Assembly (NCBI GenBank): GCA_964344785.1
Contig: CAYFOR010000001.1
Coordinates: 22,723-86,722, forward strand
DNA length: 64,000 bases
Direction of reading: 5' to 3'
Origin: an uncultured Piscirickettsiaceae bacterium
GTDB lineage: Bacteria > Pseudomonadota > Gammaproteobacteria > GCF-002020875
The notes under the pieces are model-generated. The model was not told where the DNA came from. It saw only the letters and a program-made list of their open reading frames with translations, and did no database searches. The position numbers and the translations under genes are program-made. Each line of letters starts with the position of its first letter. Position 1 is the stretch's first letter. Shown here piece after piece: positions 19,643 to 29,718 of this stretch.

Positions 19643-20343
19643 GCCTGTTCTGTCCTTTCCAACACTGTTCTCAGATAGTCGAGACCGGGATCACGGCGGG
19701 AACACTCGTATTGAACCCTCTTGATATCATAGGGCTCCACCCGGTGTTCCACCTGCCTGGTAGTCAGGTCCACAACTGCCCAGTGCGCACCTGGTCGGTG
19801 GTTTCGCGGCTGCCCGACCGAGCCCGGATTCACTACCATGCCACTCGCTCCCTGCCACACCAGCGGGTAGTGGGTATGGCCGTAAAACACCATGTCATAG
19901 CCATTCGCCACCCGTTCCAGCACCTCTTCATCTGCATCAGGATAGAGATAGGCATCCGCATCCCATGGCGTACCATGACACAGCAACATCCGCACTCCTT
20001 CCAGCTCCAGTTCACGTGACTCAGGAAGAGTACAGAGCTGATCCAACTGTGCCTCTGTGCACTGTTCCAATGCGGCTTCGATACCATTGCCGTAACGGCC
20101 TCTCAACATCAAACGATAGGTCGGATTTTGCCTTGCCATACAGAGCATGCGCTCATGATTACCTCCGATCATCACTGCATCGACCTGTTCCAGTCGCTCA
20201 AGGCACCGTACGGGCCAATAGTAGTACCCCACCAGATCACCCAGAAAAAACCAGTGGCTGATCTCCTCTCTCTCGGCAGCCTTTAAGACCTCTTCTAACG
20301 CGGTAAGGTTGGCATGTATATCGGAGAGGATGCCAACTCTCAC
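19639..20343 (-). CDS. Metallophosphoesterase (YfcE/MJ0936-like phosphodiesterase)
   Basis: 234 aa; ILSDIHAN, GDLVGY, GNHE and GHTH metallophosphatase motifs. Confidence 0.75.
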   Translation of the reverse strand: MRVGILSDIHANLTALEEVLKAAEREEISHWFFLGDLVGYYYWPVRCLERLEQVDAVMIGGNHERMLCMARQNPTYRLMLRGRYGNGIEAALEQCTEAQLDQLCTLPESRELELEGVRMLLCHGTPWDADAYLYPDADEEVLERVANGYDMVFYGHTHYPLVWQGASGMVVNPGSVGQPRNHRPGAHWAVVDLTTRQVEHRVEPYDIKRVQYECSRRDPGLDYLRTVLERTEQA

Positions 20344-21249
20344 CTACACGGCTCCGGTGCGAACAACAATGGTAAGGGTTCGGCCAATACCGCACTTTGC
20401 CATGGCACGCCCCAGATTGTGGAAGTGCTCCATCCCCTGCCCAGCCATCATCAGGTCCATGGTGACTCTTGCATGATGGGCCGCTTTTCCCTGAGTCTGG
20501 TCGTTCACATAGTTCGAAGCCGGATGAAAGAGGAAGAGCTCTATCGGAAAACCGCCATAGAGGTCCAGCACCTTGCAGCCCGCTTCCTCAAAAAAATGGG
20601 GCAACGTGTTGCAGTTGAAGTAGTGAAGGTGTTGCGGTGGAGAGAACCAGTACTCCCGGTCCACATGTCCTATCTCCAACAGACGCTGCTGCATGTCACT
20701 ATAGTCGTTGGGAACCGTTACGACGAGGACGCCACCAGGCTCTACGATGGTGGCAAGCCGCTGAATCAGTGCCTCGGGGTCCAGTACATGCTCCAGCACG
20801 TTGTTCAGGGTACAGGCATGGTAGCGCTCGCCACGATCCACCGCCTCTTCCAACAGGCGGTAGGCGTCCCCGACACGAACCTGCTCTGCCACTTGAGGGT
20901 TAAGATTTTCAACCGCGAAACCAGAAAAATCGATTCCGCTCACTTCCCATCCTCGATCAGCCGCCGACGCCAGTACATACCCCTCTCCGCAGCCAACATC
21001 CAACAGCTTCCGTAGCGGCACCCCTGCTCTGGTTTGAAGCGAGTGTTCAATTGCATAGACGTGCTGGTCTGCACAGAGCCTCTTGTGTGCCAACTCCTCA
21101 TCACTATAGCTGCGTTGATAGGAGCGGCTCTCCGATTGCTGGTAATAACGCTGGTGATAGAACGCTGTCAGCTCCTCCTCATTAGGAAGAGGATCGGCAC
21201 TCTTATATCCTCCAGCTGCATCTACGCAGCGAAACGCCTTATCTTCCAT
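20344..21249 (-). CDS. Class I SAM-dependent methyltransferase
   Basis: Motif I LLDVGCGEGYVL. Start placed at ATG 21249 (MEDKAF...). The track ORF extends to 21462 but that would overlap the upstream gene. Confidence 0.7.
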   Translation of the reverse strand: MEDKAFRCVDAAGGYKSADPLPNEEELTAFYHQRYYQQSESRSYQRSYSDEELAHKRLCADQHVYAIEHSLQTRAGVPLRKLLDVGCGEGYVLASAADRGWEVSGIDFSGFAVENLNPQVAEQVRVGDAYRLLEEAVDRGERYHACTLNNVLEHVLDPEALIQRLATIVEPGGVLVVTVPNDYSDMQQRLLEIGHVDREYWFSPPQHLHYFNCNTLPHFFEEAGCKVLDLYGGFPIELFLFHPASNYVNDQTQGKAAHHARVTMDLMMAGQGMEHFHNLGRAMAKCGIGRTLTIVVRTGAV

Positions 21250-22090
21250 ACTGCGATTTGATCTGTTCCAGTGATTCCAGGAAGGTGTGTCCTGCTGGCA
21301 GGGCCGGAGATGGCTCAACGACACTGTCAACCGAGCGCCCCCCCGATAACCGCAGCGGTTCACTGCCGGGAATGAAGGTGTCACACAGCTGTTGCAGCAT
21401 CTGTGCAATGGTGAGCGGCTCCCTTCCAGCAACAAGATGCACGCCCTCAATCCGCTGTTCAATCACAGTAGCCACACTATCCGCCAGGTCGTCGACATAA
21501 ATGTAGTTGCGCTTACCAAGCCCATCACCATAGAGCTCCGGCACCTCTTCTGAATCCACTGCAGCGCTGATTGCACGATTCAGCCCCAGATGTGCGGGAC
21601 CTCCATAGCCATAAATCCCGGCAATGCGCAAGATGGCATAGCGATCGACACTGGCAGTCACGATTTGCTCTGCCAACAGCTTTGCTTCAGCGTAGGGAAT
21701 GGCTGGAGAAAGAGGAGTTGAAGCGTCAACCCTGGTCATCGCGCCATGAACCAGCGTGCCTGAGGCCAGCACAAAGTGAGCATCCCAACGCCGGGCCAGA
21801 TTCGCCAGAAGCGTTGTCGCCAGTACGTTGGTTCCAAAGAACTGCTTCAGCTCTGCATCCGGGGAGAAATCGACCCGTGTAGCCAGATGAACAATGGCAT
21901 TGCAGGGCGGCAACCCCTCCAGCAGGGCTGCTGCATCTGCACTATCAAAGTCTACAACCCTCTCTCCAGACATCCCAGAGGATCTGCGCAGCAGTGGAAC
22001 CACCTCCCAACCCAGGCGCTTCAGCTGCGCCATAACCGACTGACCGGAAAAACCGCCAGCACCCGTCACCAGTACCCGTTTTGACTCCAT
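21239..22090 (-). CDS. NAD-dependent epimerase/dehydratase (extended SDR)
   Basis: 283 aa; VLVTGAGGFSGQ Rossmann motif and YAEAK catalytic pair. Confidence 0.75.
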   Translation of the reverse strand: MESKRVLVTGAGGFSGQSVMAQLKRLGWEVVPLLRRSSGMSGERVVDFDSADAAALLEGLPPCNAIVHLATRVDFSPDAELKQFFGTNVLATTLLANLARRWDAHFVLASGTLVHGAMTRVDASTPLSPAIPYAEAKLLAEQIVTASVDRYAILRIAGIYGYGGPAHLGLNRAISAAVDSEEVPELYGDGLGKRNYIYVDDLADSVATVIEQRIEGVHLVAGREPLTIAQMLQQLCDTFIPGSEPLRLSGGRSVDSVVEPSPALPAGHTFLESLEQIKSQYGR

Positions 22091-22099
22091 ACTCCAGCT

Positions 22100-22837
22100 T
22101 TACTGCTCGACACCAAGCAACTCTGGCCTGCGTGTTGCCAAAGACAAGGCATCCAGCCAGCTATACTCTTCCGGAAGATTGCACACCAGCGCTCGAATGC
22201 GCTCCATATCCTCTGCAGTATCCAGGGTCCAGCGAAGGTGTCCAAGGTCCGTCATGAAAGTGACCTGTTCACGATGAAAATCACCTGCACCATATTGTGG
22301 ATGGCTGCCACGAATATAGGGAGTCACATGCTCACGGGGAAACGGCTGCTCTACGCTACGGTCTGCCTCTCGCAAAGCATCCATGGTAAATACCTCCACA
22401 TCCAGGCCATCCGGGTAGGTTCGCACATTGCAATTTGAGACATAATCCGCCTCTCCAACTTCGTAGGCGGTGACAATCTCGTCAATCAACTCCGGATCAA
22501 TCATCGGGCAGTCTGCTGTGAGGCGCACAACCGATTCTGCTCCATTTTCGTCAGCCGCTGCCAGAAAGCGTCCCAGAACATTCTGCTCATCCCCACGAAA
22601 GGTTTTCACTGCAAGTGAGTCACACAGCTCCACCACCGGGTCATCGGTGGCATTGACCGTAGTGGCCACTACCACCTGATCAATACGACGAGCCCGCAAC
22701 ACCCGCTCCAGCATGCGTTGCAGAGCTGGTCTTCCACAGATATCCATCAGCACCTTCCCCGGCAATCGTGATGAAGTCATACGCGCCTGGATGATGGCAA
22801 CAACGCGCCCACGTTGACCATGCGTCTCCATGCTCAA
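22100..22837 (-). CDS. Cytidylyltransferase of the SpsF/PseF/NeuA fold (CMP-nonulosonate synthetase-like)
   Basis: 245 aa; VVAIIQARMTSSRLPGKVL N-terminal motif of SpsF/PseF-type cytidylyltransferases. Confidence 0.7.
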   Translation of the reverse strand: MSMETHGQRGRVVAIIQARMTSSRLPGKVLMDICGRPALQRMLERVLRARRIDQVVVATTVNATDDPVVELCDSLAVKTFRGDEQNVLGRFLAAADENGAESVVRLTADCPMIDPELIDEIVTAYEVGEADYVSNCNVRTYPDGLDVEVFTMDALREADRSVEQPFPREHVTPYIRGSHPQYGAGDFHREQVTFMTDLGHLRWTLDTAEDMERIRALVCNLPEEYSWLDALSLATRRPELLGVEQ

Positions 22838-23781
22838 GCGATCAACACTCCATGAAGCTGTTCCGCCAGATCGATTGCAATACGGCGCTGAGCATCCAGC
22901 GTAGAGGCTGCCATGTGTGGTGTCACGGTCACCCTTGGGTGGGCGAGAAGTGGGTGAGAATAGTTGTGCGCTTCAGGACTGGCATCAAAGGGAGGTTCGG
23001 GATCCAGCACGTCAAGCGCGGCCCAACCGATTTGTTCTGAGTTCAGCGCCTCCAACAGCGCCTCTTCATCAATGAGAGCCGCTCTGGCACTGTTGACCAG
23101 CAATAACCCGGAACGCACTTTGGAAAACTGGTCACGCCCCAGCATATGACGGTTGTCACTGGTTAGGCGCGCATGAAATGAGAGCAGGTCAAGCCGTGGC
23201 AGCATCGACTCAAAGTCATCGACCAGTTCCCCCCCCAGCTCAATAAAGCGTTCATGTCCGGCACTACCTGGGTCATACCCCAGCAATTTACAGCCAAACG
23301 GTGCCAGCCTCTCCGCCACTGCCAGACCCACACGCCCAAGCCCGACCAGCCCGACCGTGAGACACTGCAACTCTCTCCCTTCAAGCAGATGGCGCCGAAA
23401 GTCCCCGCTTGCGATAAAGCGTTCCGCCTCAGGAAAACGGCGACACAGTGAGAGAATCTGTCCTACTGCATACTCCGCACCTGAAATACTGTTTCCCGCA
23501 GGCACGGTATGGACCGCAATACCGCGACGCTGCGCTTCATCCAAGTCAATATTATCAACTCCAGTACCTGCCCGGCCCACTACCTGAAGCTTCGGAGCAT
23601 GCTTGAAAAGTTGACCATCCACCTGAACTACACTCTTGACAACAACTGCATCCGACTTCGCAACGGCGTCCAACACAGCGGCACGCTCAAGCCCAAGTGA
23701 GAGATGTACTTCTGCAAACTGCGCCATACGGTCCACCCCGTCAGGGTGTATCGCTTCCAGAATGGTAATTCTCGGCCTCAT
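22834..23781 (-). CDS. D-isomer-specific 2-hydroxyacid dehydrogenase (PGDH/GDH-like)
   Basis: 315 aa; GLVGLGRVGLAVAERL NAD-binding motif and catalytic His region. Confidence 0.8.
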   Translation of the reverse strand: MRPRITILEAIHPDGVDRMAQFAEVHLSLGLERAAVLDAVAKSDAVVVKSVVQVDGQLFKHAPKLQVVGRAGTGVDNIDLDEAQRRGIAVHTVPAGNSISGAEYAVGQILSLCRRFPEAERFIASGDFRRHLLEGRELQCLTVGLVGLGRVGLAVAERLAPFGCKLLGYDPGSAGHERFIELGGELVDDFESMLPRLDLLSFHARLTSDNRHMLGRDQFSKVRSGLLLVNSARAALIDEEALLEALNSEQIGWAALDVLDPEPPFDASPEAHNYSHPLLAHPRVTVTPHMAASTLDAQRRIAIDLAEQLHGVLIA

Positions 23782-24812
23782 TTGCTCACCACACGGAGAG
23801 ATTTGTAGGGGACCACTCTGCTTCCCAACGGAACATCCACCTCAGGCAACGGTTCCCCCTTGGCCAGCGAGACCACATCCTCCAGCAGTGGCACCCCTGC
23901 AGCAATACTGACCACAACACTGCCACTTTGCCGGGGATTGATCTCCAGTACACAGGGGTTTCCCTGGCGGTCGTACATCACATCGCAATCGTAAAGCCAG
24001 GAGAGGTTGAACCCTTTGATCAGCTGCTCTCCCAGTTGCTGCAACTCGGGAGCATCAACCAGTGTATGCCCCTCATTGGGTACTGCGGAATCAATACGCC
24101 TGCGAGCAACCACACGCATCGGTTCCCCCTTCCATGCCAGCATATCAAGATCATGTACCGGTTCTTCAAGTCGTTCCATTACCAGTACAGGAAATGACTC
24201 CGAGAACCCTTGCAGATAGCGGTTCTTGAAGTGCTCCAGATCCATATGGATCTCACGTCGGTCATCAAACCGCTGCTCCCCTTCAATATCACTGCGGATC
24301 ACACAGACCCCCCGTCCTCCCCGCTCCGAAGAGGGTTTGATCACAAACTCGGGAAGCTCCTTTGCAAAGTCAGCAATCACTGCCTCCAGTGAGGTAATAC
24401 TTGTAGTCTCTTTCCAGGCAGGCATCTTTACCCCCAATAACTCAAGGCGGCGGTAGGTCTCTACCTTGCTGGAGACCGTCTGTACCACCTCCGTCGGCGC
24501 ACAGGCCAGAATCCGTTCACCCGACTCAACACGCTGTCGCGCTTCGGCAAGCGCAAGCGCCTCTTCATCCGAAGTAGGCAGAATCAGATCCACCTGAAAA
24601 CGCTCTGCAATCTCGATAATGGCGTCCACATAACCCGGCTCTGCACCCATCGGAGTCAGTGCGAAGTGGTCACAAAAGTGACGGCCGATGGCGCTCTCCT
24701 GGGCGTCCACACCCACAACCTTGATATCATGGCGTTGGCTCTCTTTAAGCCCCTGGATCATTTGCGGGGCCATCTCACCGCCTACACATGTCAATAGAAT
24801 AGTAAAGCTCAC
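23778..24812 (-). CDS. ATP-grasp enzyme (CPSase large-subunit-like ligase)
   Basis: 344 aa; VIKPSSERGGRGV and LEINPR segments. Confidence 0.6.
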   Translation of the reverse strand: MSFTILLTCVGGEMAPQMIQGLKESQRHDIKVVGVDAQESAIGRHFCDHFALTPMGAEPGYVDAIIEIAERFQVDLILPTSDEEALALAEARQRVESGERILACAPTEVVQTVSSKVETYRRLELLGVKMPAWKETTSITSLEAVIADFAKELPEFVIKPSSERGGRGVCVIRSDIEGEQRFDDRREIHMDLEHFKNRYLQGFSESFPVLVMERLEEPVHDLDMLAWKGEPMRVVARRRIDSAVPNEGHTLVDAPELQQLGEQLIKGFNLSWLYDCDVMYDRQGNPCVLEINPRQSGSVVVSIAAGVPLLEDVVSLAKGEPLPEVDVPLGSRVVPYKSLRVVSK

Positions 24813-24918
24813 GATAGTTTCTCAACGAATTCCAAGGATAGAGTCACAAAAGGCCATATTCGGATCACTTCACTGCAAGTTGACCGGTAGTCACTACCGT
24901 AGTGCAACCGCAGGCTCT

Positions 24919-25971
24919 TTATTCGAACAGCCCCTCAGTTACCGGTTCATCCACTGCCAGATCGCGAACGGCCCGGCAGCCCAGCACCTCATCATAACGT
25001 GCGGGCTCCAGTCCTCTGTGCTCTGGCAAAGGACGTTTGACCGTCAAATTCTCCTCTGTAAACCGCTCACCTGCAGCCAATGCACGACGCACAACCAGAC
25101 AACGCATGAATTTCTTTCGTGTCCCACCCAGAATCTCAGCACTCTCTTTGCCGACGTGTTTTCCCATCACAGTCTCTGCCTGACGTACCCGGGTTACCAA
25201 TCTGCGCAGACCCTCAGGATCAACCGAGATATGATGATCCAAACCACTACGTGAGGGGTCCAGAGTAAAGTGTTTCTCAATCATGCTCGCTCCGGCCGCA
25301 ACAGCAAGTGCCGCCGCTTCATCTCCCAGCGAGTGGTCCGAAAAGCCGACCGGTACTTCCCACTTCCTAGACATCCGCTCCATAGTCGCGAGATTGAGTG
25401 TTTCAGGAGGTGCCGGGTAGAGGGAGGTACACTGAAAGAGGGCAATCTTGTCCGCCCCCTCCTGCCGTACCATCTTTAGTGCGGTATCAAGCTCTGCCTC
25501 CTCTGCCATACCACTGGAGATCAGAATGGGCCTGCTGTAGCCGGCAATACGGCGAATCAGCGGGAGATGGGTCAGCAATCCCGATGAAACCTTGTGTGCG
25601 GCTGGCTGCAGTGCCTCAACCCATTGCAGGGTGTTGAAATCACCTGCGGTAGTGAGTGGCTCCATACCCAATGAACGGGCCAATTCAAACATCCTGGCGG
25701 TCTCTTCACGGGTCAGGCCCGCCCCCTTGAATACCTTATGACTCTCACTGCCTACCACATAGTTCTCATCGGCATCGATGGTCTGCAACTTGATGGCGTC
25801 TGCCCCGGCACGAGCCGCCTCTTCGACCATCCTGGCACACTGCTCGACACTCCCCTCATGGTTGACTCCAATCTCGGCAATCACCACAACCGGTGCATCC
25901 GGGCCAATTCTGCGGCGCCCAAATGGGATGGATGCCACACGATCCGTCTCTTCCATTTCGAGCTTCATCAC
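24919..25971 (-). CDS. pseI: NeuB/PseI-family nonulosonate synthase with SAF domain (paralogue 3; probable pseudaminic acid synthase given its neighbours)
   Basis: 350 aa; VIAEIGVNHEGS, GFSDHS and IEKHFTLD motifs; adjacent to pseG. Confidence 0.8.
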   Translation of the reverse strand: MMKLEMEETDRVASIPFGRRRIGPDAPVVVIAEIGVNHEGSVEQCARMVEEAARAGADAIKLQTIDADENYVVGSESHKVFKGAGLTREETARMFELARSLGMEPLTTAGDFNTLQWVEALQPAAHKVSSGLLTHLPLIRRIAGYSRPILISSGMAEEAELDTALKMVRQEGADKIALFQCTSLYPAPPETLNLATMERMSRKWEVPVGFSDHSLGDEAAALAVAAGASMIEKHFTLDPSRSGLDHHISVDPEGLRRLVTRVRQAETVMGKHVGKESAEILGGTRKKFMRCLVVRRALAAGERFTEENLTVKRPLPEHRGLEPARYDEVLGCRAVRDLAVDEPVTEGLFE

Positions 25972-25984
25972 TTTTCTCTCTTAT

Positions 25985-26962
25985 TCAAACGGAATATTCA
26001 CTCATGACTGCCGCTACTCGCCTGCCTCCTCCCCCATCGACGGCCCCACGTCCCATTCTGGCCATCTCTCCTCGCCTAGAGCAGTCTTGAAGCAGTGCTT
26101 GGAGCTGATTCATCATCATCTCGACCGTAAGCCCCGAAGCGATACCCAGGTTTTGGGTAGCCCCCTGTTCCACAGCCCACTCCACCTGATTACGTTGATT
26201 GTCGGCCACAATCACAGACAGTGAAGGTCTGCCGGCAGCCATGCGCTCAAACAGACTGACACCACCAGCACCCATAACCAGCTGTACTGAAGACATCAAC
26301 TCACACATTGCCCTGGTATCGACATACAACTCAACTTCCACCCTTCCCATCGAAACGGCATTACGTAATGCTGCAAGATGGGGCGCACCACTGCCAATTG
26401 CGATCGCCACTTTCCCCTTGAAACCAGTCTGCTCCAGAGCCTGCAGGGCCAAACTACTCAGATTATGTGAATCACGCAGACCAAAGGCGAGGAGTACACT
26501 GTCAACCTCACCTTCAGGTTCACGAAGTCCCGCGTAGCAGGGATCGAGCAACGCATAGCGAGCACCAGAAAGCAGACGGGAATCTCCGATCAGATGGTGA
26601 GGTACAACGTGCAGGCTCGGCGCAATGATCAGGTCCGCTTGCTCCGAGGCCGTACCGAGATCGTCGATCTGGGCCAAAACACCGCAACGTCCCTTCCACT
26701 CCTTTCGCTGCGCCTCACTGAAACTGTAACCATCCATCAAAACCCCACGGAACGAGGCAAGATCCGGCAACATTTGTCCACTATAGGAGATGCCCATCCC
26801 TTCTGCCTCGATCCTTTCAGCCCATGATTCACCGCCGGGATCCAATACAAAATGAACCGGCTGAAGGCGTTTAAGCTCCTTTGCCAATGTAAGGCAACGC
26901 GCCAGATGCCCCCCTCCCACTTCTGGTGTCGAAGCAACGCGAAAGACCCAGCCTCCGGCCAC
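25985..26962 (-). CDS. pseG: UDP-2,4-diacetamido-2,4,6-trideoxy-beta-L-altropyranose hydrolase (PseG, GT28-like fold)
   Basis: N-terminal FRVASTPEVGGGHLARCLTLAKEL resembles the PseG signature. Start placed at GTG 26962 to avoid overlap with the upstream gene; the track ORF runs to 27082. Confidence 0.65.
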   Translation of the reverse strand: MAGGWVFRVASTPEVGGGHLARCLTLAKELKRLQPVHFVLDPGGESWAERIEAEGMGISYSGQMLPDLASFRGVLMDGYSFSEAQRKEWKGRCGVLAQIDDLGTASEQADLIIAPSLHVVPHHLIGDSRLLSGARYALLDPCYAGLREPEGEVDSVLLAFGLRDSHNLSSLALQALEQTGFKGKVAIAIGSGAPHLAALRNAVSMGRVEVELYVDTRAMCELMSSVQLVMGAGGVSLFERMAAGRPSLSVIVADNQRNQVEWAVEQGATQNLGIASGLTVEMMMNQLQALLQDCSRRGEMARMGRGAVDGGGGRRVAAVMSEYSV

Positions 26963-26975
26963 TGACTGGGTTCCG

Positions 26976-27944
26976 TTAACCGGGAAGACCTGCCATACGA
27001 CGTGCACGAACGGTCTCGTGCAGGATACGGGCAGCCTCCACCCCATCACATGCGGGCTTCTCTTGCCCTTCAACACAAGCAAGAAAAGATGCCATCTCTA
27101 CCTTGTAGTCCTCTGCTGCACTACTCTCCCACACCCACTGATTGAGCAGGGTACCATCGGTTGACGTATGCTGAAGACGACGGTTGCTGATCTCCAGGCG
27201 TAGAAAGCCGCTTGAGCCACAAATTTCCGTTACCCTGTATTTTGGACGGGTGATGTAATCCACGTGAGTAACCGAAACCAAACCATCAGGATGACGCAAC
27301 ATGATATCCGCACAGTCGTCACTTTCGATCTCCAGTTGACCACTGGTTCTCGCCTCGCATGCCACCGTCTCACCCGCTCCAAAAAGATAGTTGGCCAGAT
27401 CGAGTTCATGAATGGAGTCAAACAGCACACCACCGCTCTTCGGATCAGCGGCATACCCTTTTCGATAATCACTATCCGGTCGCCAATCGGGCAGATAGGA
27501 GCCACACATCAGCCGACTCCAGAGTATCTCTCCAATCGCGTTAGACTCAATCAGTGACTTTGCCTTGCGAACACCAGGGTGGTAACGCAGATTCTGCCCT
27601 ACAAAAAAGACCCGTCCAGTACTGGCAGCAGCCTCAACCAGTGCATCCAGCCCCTCTATGGTATGTGCCAGTGGCTTCTCTACAAAGATGTGGCACTCCT
27701 GATCCAGGGCTGCGGCGCAATGATCAATATGGTGCGCATTCGGTGTTGCAACAACAACCGCTTCGCCTCCTCGAAGAGCGGCCTCGACACTGTCAACAGT
27801 CCGCCCCCCCTTCTCTTCGAGCATGGCTTGCCGCTGCGTGTCAGGGTCAAACCCGATCACCTCCGCACCAAGCTCAATGAGGTTAGTTGCATGACGCAGA
27901 CCAATGGAGCCCAACCCAAGAACCGCAACTACACGCCTAGCCAT
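26976..27944 (-). CDS. Gfo/Idh/MocA-family oxidoreductase
   Basis: 322 aa; VVAVLGLGSIGLRHA Rossmann motif. Confidence 0.75.
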   Translation of the reverse strand: MARRVVAVLGLGSIGLRHATNLIELGAEVIGFDPDTQRQAMLEEKGGRTVDSVEAALRGGEAVVVATPNAHHIDHCAAALDQECHIFVEKPLAHTIEGLDALVEAAASTGRVFFVGQNLRYHPGVRKAKSLIESNAIGEILWSRLMCGSYLPDWRPDSDYRKGYAADPKSGGVLFDSIHELDLANYLFGAGETVACEARTSGQLEIESDDCADIMLRHPDGLVSVTHVDYITRPKYRVTEICGSSGFLRLEISNRRLQHTSTDGTLLNQWVWESSAAEDYKVEMASFLACVEGQEKPACDGVEAARILHETVRARRMAGLPG

Positions 27945-28494
27945 TTTGCGCTAACCACTCACTACGTAATAGACCAAACTCAATACAGTCCACAAACTCG
28001 TTATCACAAAACGCGTGACCTCTGCGGACCCCTTCAGTGGCAAAATTGAGTTTCTCGAAGAGCCTGACCGAAGGTCGGTTGACCACATAGGCGGATGCTG
28101 TCACCTTGTTTAGCTCCAGCTCCTGAAAGGCAAACCGTGCCAGCAGCATGATCGCCTCACCGCCAAACCCCTTTCCATGGCTCCGGCTATCCCCAATCAG
28201 AATACCAATGCTGCCGCGACGATGGTTCCAGTCCACTGGCCCCAGCTTGATGTTGCCAATGTGCTGGTCATCCTCTATGGTGGCGACCGCAAACAGATAA
28301 CTGTTTTTATCCTTCTCCATCGACGTGACATAGTCACGAAGGGACTCTCTATCCCAAACTCGATAACGGCTCTCCAGATAACGGTTGATCTCGGGATTGT
28401 TCATCCACTTGCAGTAGCACTCTGTGATTTCATCCAGACGTAACTGCCGCAAGCGGATACGCTGCCCATCCAGTTGGTACTGGTCAACATTCAC
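27937..28494 (-). CDS. GNAT N-acetyltransferase (PseH-like)
   Basis: 185 aa; acetyl-CoA-binding motif IGDSRSHGKGFGGEAI; position between pseB/pseC and pseG. Confidence 0.65.
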   Translation of the reverse strand: MNVDQYQLDGQRIRLRQLRLDEITECYCKWMNNPEINRYLESRYRVWDRESLRDYVTSMEKDKNSYLFAVATIEDDQHIGNIKLGPVDWNHRRGSIGILIGDSRSHGKGFGGEAIMLLARFAFQELELNKVTASAYVVNRPSVRLFEKLNFATEGVRRGHAFCDNEFVDCIEFGLLRSEWLAQNG

Positions 28495-28533
28495 AGCACG
28501 CCCTCACCCCTAGAACACAGCATCAAATCTGGC

Positions 28534-29562
28534 TCAATCCGCCATCATCTCCTTGAGTGCCACTTCATCCAGCCACATTGAATTGAGATTACTTGCATAC
28601 TCAAACTCCCCTTCAATCGCTGTGGCCCCTTTCTCGCTCCAACTGGTATAGGCCCACTCATGGAACATCGGTTCAATAATATAACGGTCATCCAGCTCAA
28701 CCGCATTGTGTGCGTCATCCTTGGTAATCATCAGTTCATGCAGCTTTTCTCCGGGACGAATACCAATCAGGTGTGTTGGCAGTCCTGGTGCCAGTGCATC
28801 AGCCAGATCAACAATCTTCATACTGGGGATCTTGGGCACAAACAGCTCTCCCCCCTGCATCGAGGTTAAAGACGAGAGCACAAACTCCACACCCTGACGC
28901 AGGGTGATCCAGAAACGGGTCATACGCTCATCGGTGATCGGCAGGCTTTCAACCCCTTCGGCAACCAATCGCTGAAACAGCGGAACAACACTGCCGCGTG
29001 AACCGACCACATTTCCATATCGAACCACGGCAAAGGAGGTCTTGCTCTCGCCACTCATCGCATTCGCGGCAATACAGATCTTGTCCGCCGCCAGTTTAGT
29101 CGCACCATAGAGATTGAGCGGACTTGCGGCCTTGTCTGTTGAAAGTGCCACCATACGCTTTACACCACAGCGTATGGCTGCCCTGCAGACATTCTCTGTA
29201 CCAATGATGTTGGTATTGACACACTCAAACGGATTGTACTCAGCAATTGGTACATGCTTCAGGGCTGCCGCATGGATCACATAGTCGACTCCGCGCATCG
29301 CCATCACTAGCCGCTCCTGATCACGCACATCGCCAATATAGAAGCGGATCTGTTTCTTGTACTCTTCAAACTCGGCAGCCATTTCATACTGCTTGAGTTC
29401 GTCACGAGAGTAGACCACGATCTTTCTTGGGCTGTAGTTCTCCAGCACATACCGAATAAAGGCCTTACCGAAAGAACCGGTACCACCCGTTACCAGAATG
29501 GCACTGTCATTCATGTACTCCGCTTCCATTCCGGACAAAAAAGATTTACTAGAAAAATTCAT
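28534..29562 (-). CDS. pseB: UDP-N-acetylglucosamine 4,6-dehydratase, inverting (PseB/FlaA1 family)
   Basis: ILVTGGTGSFGK, YGATKLAADK and a size of ~330 aa. The likely start is the internal Met (MNDSAILV) near 29514. Confidence 0.8.
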   Translation of the reverse strand: MNFSSKSFLSGMEAEYMNDSAILVTGGTGSFGKAFIRYVLENYSPRKIVVYSRDELKQYEMAAEFEEYKKQIRFYIGDVRDQERLVMAMRGVDYVIHAAALKHVPIAEYNPFECVNTNIIGTENVCRAAIRCGVKRMVALSTDKAASPLNLYGATKLAADKICIAANAMSGESKTSFAVVRYGNVVGSRGSVVPLFQRLVAEGVESLPITDERMTRFWITLRQGVEFVLSSLTSMQGGELFVPKIPSMKIVDLADALAPGLPTHLIGIRPGEKLHELMITKDDAHNAVELDDRYIIEPMFHEWAYTSWSEKGATAIEGEFEYASNLNSMWLDEVALKEMMAD

Positions 29563-29718
29563 TTAACTACCACCCAATAATTACCAACACCTACCAATTT
29601 AGGCATTTTTTGTTTTACACAGAACCGCGTTACCAAACACTTTTCCAAATCCGTAGCTCAATATCGGCTCTTCATTTACCCTCTTCCTGTTTCCTGTTCC
29701 CTGCAACCACGCCAGAGG
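29563..29718 (-). promoter_or_regulatory. AT-rich intergenic spacer, probably an internal promoter / 5' leader for the pseB-proximal half of the locus
   Basis: A 156-nt non-coding gap, the only large one inside the locus, AT-rich with a short direct repeat ttcctgtt x2. Confidence 0.35.
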
